From assembly GCA_965223845.1 (NCBI GenBank), contig CBDCXR010000004.1, positions 1,056,001 to 1,120,000 on the forward strand: DNA of 64,000 nucleotides, in the 5' to 3' direction. A program made the translations under genes and the position numbers. Under the pieces are notes generated by a model. The model had not been told where the DNA came from and searched no databases. It worked only from the letters and a program-made list of their open reading frames with translations. The stretch is from Planctomycetota bacterium. GTDB taxonomy: Bacteria > Planctomycetota > UBA8108 > SXIK01. The stretch's first letter is position 1. Every line of letters starts with the position of its first letter. Positions 28,606-37,200 of the stretch are shown in pieces.

Positions 28606-30030
28606 ATGTCCGACGCGACGATCGGCGATGTGCGCACCGAGGCGACACTCGACGAGAGTGCACCCACCGACGCGGCGACGATCCTCGTCTACAACCGCGA
28701 TCCCGAGCTGCGCATCTTTCTCGACAAGGCCTTCTTCCGTGCTGCGTGGACCGTGATCCAGGCGAGTACGAGTGAAGAGGTCCGCGCGGCGATCGAGCGG
28801 CAGCGGCCGGGTTTGCTCCTCGTTGGAATCGACCGCCCCGAGGCGATGGAGTTCCTCGAGTCGGCGAACGAAGCCTGGCCCACGGTTCCCATCGTGGCGA
28901 TCGCTCGCGCCGCGACCCCGGAGCTCGTGTGTGACGTGATGAAGTGCGGCGTTGTCGATTTCCTGTTCGGGTCGATGAACGTCCGCAATGTCGTCCCGCG
29001 TCTGGACGCGCTTCTCGCCCCGACGGATGCCGAGGTCGAATCGGATGTCGCGCTCCCGGCGGAGGCGGCGACGGAGCTCTCGTCGTCGGCCGACTATCCG
29101 ATCATCACGCAGAGCGAGCGGATGCACCGCATCCTCGAGATCGCGCAGACGGTGGCGCCGACGGAATCGACGGTCCTCATCCAAGGGGAGAGCGGGACCG
29201 GCAAGGAGCTCATCGCGAAGCGCATCCACGTTCGTTCGAAGCGCGAGCGCCGGCCGTTCGTCGAGGTCAACTGCGGCGCACTGCCGGAGAATCTCCTCGA
29301 AAGCCAGCTGTTCGGCCACGAGAAGGGATCGTTCACCGGGGCTTCACAGCGTCAGATCGGGCTCTTCGAGGTCGCCGACAAGGGGACGATTTTCCTCGAC
29401 GAGATCGGCGAGATGAGCCTCGACATGCAAGTGAAGCTCCTCCGCGTACTGCAGTTCAAGGAGTTTCGCCGCGTCGGTGGTTCGGACGTCGTCAAGGTCG
29501 ACGTGCGCGTCATCGCCGCGACGAACAAGGATCTCTCGGAAGCGGTGAGCGACGGATCCTTCCGCGCGGACCTCTTCTACCGTCTGAACGTGATCTGTCT
29601 CCAGGTGCCGCCGCTCCGGGAGCGACTGGAAGATGTCTCCGCGCTCGTCGAGCACTTCCGCGAGCGCCTCTCTCGCGACCGGGATTACGTGCCGAAGCGC
29701 TTCCCGAACGAAGCGATCGCGCAGCTCCGGAAATACCGCTGGACCGGCAACATTCGCGAGCTGGAGAACGCCGTCGAGCGACTGATTCTCCTTGCGAAGG
29801 GCGACGTCGTCGAGGTTTCGGATGTCGCCGAACACCTCGGAAAGATCTCGGGAAACTCGCTCGAAAGCCCGTTCGCCACGCATCTCACGTTGAACGAGGT
29901 CAAGCGGATTCACATCGAGAACACGCTCCGCGCGAACGGCGGCAACAAGATGAAGACCGCTCGCATTCTTCAGATCAACGTGAAGACGCTCTACAACTTG
30001 ATCAAGAGCCTCGACATCGAGACGCCTTGA
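28606..30030 (+). CDS. Sigma54-dependent Fis-family activator (NtrC-like) with atypical receiver
   Basis: GESGTGKE, GSFTGA, FLDEIGE, FRADLFYRL, WTGNIRELEN and a C-terminal Fis HTH (GNKMKTARILQI); start moved to ATG 28606 (AAGGA RBS). Confidence 0.92.
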   Translation: MSDATIGDVRTEATLDESAPTDAATILVYNRDPELRIFLDKAFFRAAWTVIQASTSEEVRAAIERQRPGLLLVGIDRPEAMEFLESANEAWPTVPIVAIARAATPELVCDVMKCGVVDFLFGSMNVRNVVPRLDALLAPTDAEVESDVALPAEAATELSSSADYPIITQSERMHRILEIAQTVAPTESTVLIQGESGTGKELIAKRIHVRSKRERRPFVEVNCGALPENLLESQLFGHEKGSFTGASQRQIGLFEVADKGTIFLDEIGEMSLDMQVKLLRVLQFKEFRRVGGSDVVKVDVRVIAATNKDLSEAVSDGSFRADLFYRLNVICLQVPPLRERLEDVSALVEHFRERLSRDRDYVPKRFPNEAIAQLRKYRWTGNIRELENAVERLILLAKGDVVEVSDVAEHLGKISGNSLESPFATHLTLNEVKRIHIENTLRANGGNKMKTARILQINVKTLYNLIKSLDIETP

Positions 30031-30062
30031 ACGGGAGCGGGATCCGCGCGCGGAGAATCCCG

Positions 30063-30668
30063 CTAGAGCTTGAACTCGAGATGGAGCGGGATCTTGTTCC
30101 GCGTGATCGTGATGCTGATCGCGCCGCCGCTCCGCAGCGTCTCCATCTTGTCTTTGAAGAGACTGAGGTACGTTGAGTTCGCTCCTTCGCTGAACTCGAC
30201 GACCTCACCGTCGATGAGCTCGATGATATCGTCGTCCTGGAATCCGAATCTCCGGAGCAGGGAGTCGTTCGAGATCCCGTAGACCTTGAGCCGCGTTCCG
30301 CCGATGAGCTGACTGCGAGCTTTCTTGAGCTCCCGCGTGTAGTTCGCCGGCTTCTTGATCTCCTCGTAGAGCTCGGCGGGTACGGCGTAGCTCTTTCGCT
30401 CGAGGCGAGTCGCAGCGATTCGGCTGCGCGAATTCGCTTTCAGCTTGTCCAGAACGGCGCGATCGGGCTGCGTGAGCGGAGCGGGCGCGGGCGTCGGTGT
30501 GCCGCCACTCGCCGCTGTCCGCCGCGGGGCGGGGATTTCCCGCACTCCGGGAAGAAACGAGGTCGCGCTCGTCGACGGCGCCCCGCCCATGATGAAGTAG
30601 CCGCCGAGAAGGGCGACGACGATGAGGCCACTCAGGCCGACCATGACCATCTCGACGCGGTCGAGCAT
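30063..30668 (-). CDS. GspC-like membrane-anchored PDZ protein
   Basis: N-terminal TM, Pro-rich linker, C-terminal PDZ-like LKVYGISNDSLLRRFGFQDDDIIELIDG...ITITRN. Confidence 0.6.
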   Translation of the reverse strand: MLDRVEMVMVGLSGLIVVALLGGYFIMGGAPSTSATSFLPGVREIPAPRRTAASGGTPTPAPAPLTQPDRAVLDKLKANSRSRIAATRLERKSYAVPAELYEEIKKPANYTRELKKARSQLIGGTRLKVYGISNDSLLRRFGFQDDDIIELIDGEVVEFSEGANSTYLSLFKDKMETLRSGGAISITITRNKIPLHLEFKL

Positions 30669-30993
30669 TGCGCGAAACTCCTGCTCAGGTCAACGATTCC
30701 AGGGAGGCGGCCGGGGGGGCGGGGAATGCGCGCCGGGCCGTTCCCTTCCTCTTTTCTTTTCGGATCGGCGAGACGCGCACGAGAGGAGTCCACGGATTAC
30801 CCGTCAGTTGCGCCGCCGTTTCCCGAACTAGGTATCGGCTAAGCCTCGAATTCGGTGAGGAATCCGGCGCAGCTAGGTTCGGGCGCCCGCCTCGAATCCG
30901 GATTCGCTCGCCCAGCATCATTGGGCCGATAAGGCGGCGTCGCAAGTCCTCGGACGAAAGCGAGCGGCCGGGGGAGGTCGGCTCGCCGATGCG

Positions 30994-31722
30994 TCAGTGA
31001 CCGGACCGGCGCCAGAGAGCGCTCGGGAGTCCGATGTCGACGACGAAGACCTCGCCACAGAGCTCGGGCCCGCGTGCTCGCTCGAAGCCGGTCTTCCGCG
31101 CCGCGAACGTGATCGTCGCTCGAGCGGCGAGAGCGGCGCCGAGCACTTCGCCCGTCTCGGCGTCGAGTCCGGAAGGGATGTCGAGCGCGATGACGGGCAG
31201 ACCCGCGCGCGCGAGCGCATCGATCCATTCGGCGAACGGCGAGGCGACGCGCCGGGAAAGCCCGGTCCCAAAGATCCCATCGATGACCGTTCCGCGAGCG
31301 GGGATGTCATCCGGTCCGGGCGGGGCCGCGGTTTCTCGGAAGCCGATCCCCATCCTCTCGGCGACGTCGCGATGAATCCGCGCGTCGCTTCCTTCCGGGT
31401 ACGGTCGATCGCCGAGGACGATGACGTCGACCGCCTCGCCCGCATTGTGGAGGTGCCGCGCGACGACGAAACCGTCGCCACCGTTGTTCCCGGGTCCACA
31501 AACGACGGTGTAGGGCGCTTTCAGTCCGCTGTCACCGCGCGCCGCGAGCCGGCGAATGATCCGCGCCGCGCCGGCGCCGGCGTTTTCCATGAGGGTGATG
31601 CTCGGAAGTCCGTAGCGCTGGGTCGCGTCCCGGTCCCACGCCCGGATGACCGCCGGGGGAAACGCCCGGTCGGGGACGGCGCCGGAGACCGACGCGGCGT
31701 CCGCGGGCGGTTGTCGATTCAT
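30994..31722 (-). CDS. nnrE: NAD(P)H-hydrate epimerase (stand-alone YjeF N-terminal domain)
   Basis: LMENAG, GPGNNGGDG, DGIFGTGL, LDIPSG; ATG 31722 overlaps the upstream stop (ATGA). Confidence 0.9.
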   Translation of the reverse strand: MNRQPPADAASVSGAVPDRAFPPAVIRAWDRDATQRYGLPSITLMENAGAGAARIIRRLAARGDSGLKAPYTVVCGPGNNGGDGFVVARHLHNAGEAVDVIVLGDRPYPEGSDARIHRDVAERMGIGFRETAAPPGPDDIPARGTVIDGIFGTGLSRRVASPFAEWIDALARAGLPVIALDIPSGLDAETGEVLGAALAARATITFAARKTGFERARGPELCGEVFVVDIGLPSALWRRSGH

Positions 31723-33518
31723 CGCTTCACCGTGGGAATGTAGCGGTAGTAGGTCTCGAGCGTCAGGACGTTGATCGCAGTCGCGTACACGCGACCGCCG
31801 CTGTACCCGATCCAGCTCGGCTCGGGAGGCCAGCTGCCGTCCGCGTGCACCGCACCGCTCTGCGTCGCACGAAGCTCGCGCACCACGAAGTGGTTCCAGG
31901 CCTGCCACGCCTCGGGATGGGACTCGGCGCCGAACAGAAAGAGCGCGAGCGTTGCCGTGTACCAGTAGTAGTACGACTGAAACGTGTCGCTCCAGCGACC
32001 GAGCTTCTCGGCGTCCGGCGCGTTCCTAGGAACGAGGAGTCGCTCGGCCGCCCGCCGCGTGCCTCGGTCCTCGGTACGGACGCCCGTGACGAGTCGCGAC
32101 AGCAGACCGACGGCCACCATGTTGATCCCGCCGCGATTCGCGTCCGGACCTCGATTGGCGTAGATGCCGATGCCGTCGGGAGTGAGCGCGTGCGCGAGAT
32201 AGCGGCGGAGGCGCTGGCGGAGGTTGTCGGGGACGGGCACTCCCGCCCGCTCGCTAGCGGCGAACGCCATCGCCTGCCAGCCGGTGATCGAGAGATCGTT
32301 ACGTCCGCTCGCGGCATCGGTGTAGTCCCAGCCTCCGCCCTGTTGCGTGCTAGCGGAGTACGCGATCGCCCGGCGCAGCGCATCGCGGTAGCGGTCCGTC
32401 CCGGTGAGCTCGTACGCCTCCGCGAGCGCCAAGGTCGCGATCGCGTGGTTGTAGAGATAGGTCGAGCCGCGCAGCCCGATTCCGCCCGACGATCTTTGGT
32501 CCGCGAGGAGAAACTCGAGGGCGCGCTCGACCACGTCCGCGTAGCGGCTCTCCGCGGAGTTGCTCGTCGGAGTGTGACCGGCACCGAGGAACGCGAGAAC
32601 GGCCAGCGCAGTGACGCCGCAGTCGTAGTCCGCGCTTCCGACTCCGCCGCACGGTACGCTGTCGCCGCAGTGACGCGTGAAGCTGCGCGCGCTCCACCGG
32701 CCGTCTCGATCCTGATGGTCCGCGAGCCAGCGGAGACCGCGGTGGACCGCGTTCTCGGTGCCGAGAGAGCCGCCGTAGCGCCGAAGTGCATCGCCCTTCC
32801 CCCGTCCCCGTCGGTGGGCCGTCCCCTCGAGTCGAGAGCCGACCGGCGGAGTGGTGATTCGCCCGGGCAGCGGCGGCGGTGCCCCGCCGAACCCGAGCAC
32901 GGACGGCGCGCGGACGGCCGGAGGCGCCTCGGCGACCGCGGTGGCCGGCGGGATCGGCTTCGCCGGGGCGACGAGTGGCGCGGCCGGAGGGGGATCCGAC
33001 GGCTCGGATCGCTCCTCGGCTTCGCCTTCGACCGGTCGCTTCTCGGGGCGCGGCGTGGGTTCGGGCGCCGGCGGACGAGCGCGTTCGCGCCAGCGGACGG
33101 TGATGGGAAAGTCGGTCCCGTTCGGCCGGGGGGCGCGCTCCGGGATGATGATCGAGAGGAGGACGAGGAGAATCGCGGCGTGGAGACCGACCGAGATGCC
33201 CCAAGCGACGATGCCTCTCCGGCGACCGCGGGGACGCGCACGGCGCGTCGCCGACTCTCGCTCCCGCCGGCTCCGTCCTCGCTTCGGCGGGGGACGCCGC
33301 CGGGTTGTCCGCCGTCGCCTCGGCCAGAGGCCGCGCCGGGGCGCGCCTCGGCGCGGCGGACCTCGCTTCTCGCCCCCGGCCATCGCGCGGACCACCTTCC
33401 GAACGCCGTCGGCTTCACGCCCGAGCAGGAGATCCAGCGTTCGTTTGAGGCTTCGCATGCGCGCTCCATCGAGTTCGCGCGAGGGGCGGGGAATCGAGCG
33501 TTCGGTCGCGGAGGCCAT
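31719..33518 (-). CDS. Membrane-anchored prenyltransferase/squalene-oxidase-repeat ((alpha/alpha)6 barrel) protein
   Basis: GGGAG RBS, Arg-rich N-terminus, TM ISVGLHAAILLVLL, Pro-rich linker, QW-type repeats (WLADHQDRDGRW, QQGGGWDY, DGSW). Confidence 0.85.
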   Translation of the reverse strand: MASATERSIPRPSRELDGARMRSLKRTLDLLLGREADGVRKVVRAMAGGEKRGPPRRGAPRRGLWPRRRRTTRRRPPPKRGRSRRERESATRRARPRGRRRGIVAWGISVGLHAAILLVLLSIIIPERAPRPNGTDFPITVRWRERARPPAPEPTPRPEKRPVEGEAEERSEPSDPPPAAPLVAPAKPIPPATAVAEAPPAVRAPSVLGFGGAPPPLPGRITTPPVGSRLEGTAHRRGRGKGDALRRYGGSLGTENAVHRGLRWLADHQDRDGRWSARSFTRHCGDSVPCGGVGSADYDCGVTALAVLAFLGAGHTPTSNSAESRYADVVERALEFLLADQRSSGGIGLRGSTYLYNHAIATLALAEAYELTGTDRYRDALRRAIAYSASTQQGGGWDYTDAASGRNDLSITGWQAMAFAASERAGVPVPDNLRQRLRRYLAHALTPDGIGIYANRGPDANRGGINMVAVGLLSRLVTGVRTEDRGTRRAAERLLVPRNAPDAEKLGRWSDTFQSYYYWYTATLALFLFGAESHPEAWQAWNHFVVRELRATQSGAVHADGSWPPEPSWIGYSGGRVYATAINVLTLETYYRYIPTVKR

Positions 33519-34292
33519 TGTCTCCCTTTTGGGGGACGATCGCCCTCTTCTCGATCTTCACGCCTCAGCTCGGATTTGGCCCCCAATTTGGCGGGAAGTT
33601 CAGGCGGGGATTCTACCCGCTTCGAGCGGCCGGACCGACTTCCAGACCCCAAACGAGCCCGATCGCGCAGCCCCGGGATCCCGCGGGAGGTCCGGCCGGA
33701 GCCCCGCGGGCGAGCTATCGAGAGCGGCGGCGGGAACCGTCTGGAGGAGGCTCGACGTTCTCTCCCTATTCAGCGCCTCGAGGGGCGTTACAATGGGAGC
33801 TTCACCCGGTGTGGACCGGGTTAGATTTTTGCTTCCGATGCATCTACCCGAGGGGTAAGATCTCGAAAGACTCCAGAATGTCCTTTCTCGTGGAACGGCT
33901 CCAGCTTACGGTTTCGACGAGAACGGACAGGACGACTGAAAACTTCTCCGACTCCCGAAAAGCGCAAGGCCGCGGTCCGCGCTTCCTTCATGTTGCTTCC
34001 CCGTTTCGCTGTCGACGCGGACACCATCCGACGTCTGACTTCGGCGAGGCAAGTGAACTAGGAGCTGCATCGCGATGAAGCTCTGTCGTTTTTCGTGCTC
34101 CCGCCTTTCTGTTCTCTCGCGTCGATCTCGTGCCGTCTCCCGGTCGCACCGCCGTAGGTGTCGCCTCGTGCGTACTACGACGGCGATCGCCGGGAGTCCT
34201 ATGAACGAGTTCCGTGGCGAGGGTACGTGCGGTGACGCGCAGCGACTTCAGTTCGGGGGAATCGGGTTCTCAATAAGGAGGATGGGTTTCCG

Positions 34293-37200
34293 ATGCGCAT
34301 AAGATGCCTGACGCTCTGGTGCGTTCTCAGCTTGATCGTGTCGCTCGGCTGCGAGTTCGACAGCAGCAACAGCGGCTCGGGCGGCGGCTCGGTAGGTCCC
34401 GGTCCGGGCACGACCGGCGCGGGCGCCGGACCCGGCACGGGGGGGCCGGCGATCACCGCTCCCATCCTCCTCGACATGGTGTTCCAGGGTGATGGAATCT
34501 GCCCTGGCGACGAGGTCACACTGATCGGGCTCAACTTCTCGTCGGACCTCGCGGAGAACGTCGTGACGTTCGCCGCGGGCGTCACGCGGATTCGCGGGCT
34601 TCCCCTCCGCGTCGTCTTTCCGACGGACGACGAGGCGTCGAACGGCCTCGAGTCGCGGCTCACGGTCATCGTCCCCTCGGGCGTCGTGAGCGGAAACGTT
34701 GAGCTGAACGTAGGTGGAATTCCGGCGGGTGCTCGCGGTTTCACGGCGTGCCCCCAGATCATGGCCGTCACGATCGGACGGAACCGCGACGTCGAGGCGA
34801 TGCCGTTCCTCGGTCCGCTCGGATTCGATGCCCAGCGTTCGTTCCTCGAGCTCCACGGGATCAACTTCGGCGAGATCCAGCGCGTGCGGCTCTTCGACTC
34901 GCAGGGAAACGAGGCGAACATCCCGACGAACACGATCCAGCGCGGCGTCAATCAGGGCGGAAACCCCTTCGACCCCGACGCGCCGCCCCCGACCGGGTAC
35001 AGCGTCATCGGGTTCAATCTGAAGGACGATCGGAACGACGTCCCCCTCAGCTTCCCCAATTCCCGGGACAACATGCAGGTGCAGATCGTCGGTCCGGGAG
35101 GGTCGTCGAATATCGTCGAAGTCCCGATCTTCGACGAATCGACCGGTCAGACCGTCGATACGAATCCCGACAACCTCGGCCTCGTCATCAACGGCGTGAA
35201 AGTCCCGACCGGAGTTCGTTCGGGACCCGTTCGAATCCGTTACTCGGTCTACGACGGTCAGGTGAACGCCGCCTGGCGCCTGAACTTCGAGTGGAAGCTC
35301 CTCGAAGATCCCGCCGACGCCTGGCGCATCGCTCGACCGCTCGAAGAGGACGTTCTCCACGACGGCGTCGAGGGCATCCTCGGTGGCACCATTCGCCATC
35401 CGAGCGGTCACCGTCTCTTTCCTGGCGGCGGTACCGTGCGCACGTTCACTTGGGACGCGCAACACGACATCGTCCTCTGTCTACTTGCGGAGGATCAGCC
35501 GATCGAGGACACGCGGCGCGATTTCGCGATCCAGTTCCGCATTCGTCCGGAGATCGACATCGCGGATGCGACGAGAAACATCCGTCTCGACCACACCTGG
35601 GAAACTCCGACGATCGTCTACTACTACATGGAGGATCTCAACGGCGCCGAGTTGGCCGCCAGCGATCTCGACAAAGTCGTCACCGAGGGTTTCCAAGACG
35701 ACGTGCTCGAGGACGCGGAGACGACCGCGCGCTGGGGACCCCCGTCGAACATCGGAGCGCTGATCGGAAGTCTCCCGCAGACCTTGCCGGCGACGTTCGG
35801 TGAGGGACAGGAAGACATCTTCCTCGCCAACCAGCCGCTCGATCCGGCGCTGATTCAGTGGTGGTCGATCGACACCACTCGAATGACGATCTCGTTCAAC
35901 ATCCTCGATGACCAGGGCACGCCGGCCGATCCAAACGACGACATTCAGCAAATCGAGCCGCTCGATCACTTCAACCCTGGTCGAGATGACTTCGAGTTTC
36001 ATTTTCGATCCCTCACGATCGATCCGGATGTCATCGTGCTCGTTTTCGGTGAAAACCCGCTCGTCATTCGTCTCTCCGGTACGGGGAACGATGACGACAT
36101 CGTCTTCCAGTGCGATGGCATCCTGGATTGCGATGGGGTCGACGGCGAATCGACTCCGCGTTCGCTGAGTGCGAACGCCTCCCACATCGGCGGCCGCGGA
36201 GGGATCGGCGGTCCGGGAGGAGGACCCGGCGGCCAGGGCGGTACGCTCGTTCTCGCGAACTCGTCGTTCAACGCGCGCGTCCTGGAGATTATTCTCGCCG
36301 GGGCCGGCGGAAACGACGGGGGCTCGGGCGGGGAGACCACCGCCGCGGTCGAGTTCACGCCGGATGCGGTTTCGCAGTTTTGGGGGGCTCCGGGAGGCGG
36401 TGGTGGCCACCGGCGCCCCGGGGGTGATGGCGATACCCAGTTCCCGAAGCCCGTCGAATACCAGCCGGCTCGCGCCGGTCTCGGTGGTCCGGCTCGCGGC
36501 GAGCCCGCGCAGCTCGAGCAGACGGCTGGATCGGGAGGCGGCGGTGGCGGTGCGTCGATCGGCCGAGTTGGTGTCAACGGGATTCCGACCGGGCTCGTCA
36601 CCGGAGGGGCCGGCGGCGGCGGCGGCGGCGGCGCCGTGCGAATCGTCGCGAGCGGTTCCGTTCGCGTGGGGGGCACCGGACTCGTGAGCGCTGCCGGAGG
36701 CGACGGTGGGATCAGTGGAGGAGATCGGCTCGAGATCCCCGGCGGTGGACAATCTCCGCCCGTGACCGCGGGTGGCCCCGGAGGGGGCGGCAGCGGCGGG
36801 AGCATCGTGATTCGGGCGACCGGATTCGTTGACGCCGGCTGCGAAAGCCTGAACGTCGACGGCGGCGCCGGCGGGATCGCCGGTCGCGTGCAGAACGGAG
36901 TCATCCGCCGGAGCGATGTGAACTTGATCGCTGGATCCGGCTCTGGTTCCCCCGGTTGGATCCGAGTGGAAACGCTGAACGGCGGGTCGCCGAGTTGCGC
37001 CGCGTTCTACGCTGCAACGACCTCGACCGACTGTATCGCCGCGGACGATTCTGTTCTCCCCGTCGCCTCGGTGGAGGGCTTCCCCCCGTCCGGGACGATC
37101 CTCGTCAGCGGCGAGGTCGCGACGACGAGCAACTCTGGCGCGTGCCGTGACACGGGTACGGGCGAATTCGCGACGGAGGAAATGTTCTACGTCGCCGTCG

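Noticed and set aside
33577-33592. Possible sigma54 -24/-12 promoter (TGGCCCCCAATTTGGC)
   Set aside because: The GC falls one base off the required spacing; no convincing sigma54 promoter was found by eye in the intergenic regions checked.
36612-36632. (GGC)7 microsatellite
   Set aside because: An in-frame poly-Gly run within a Gly-rich domain; slippage would not switch phase.
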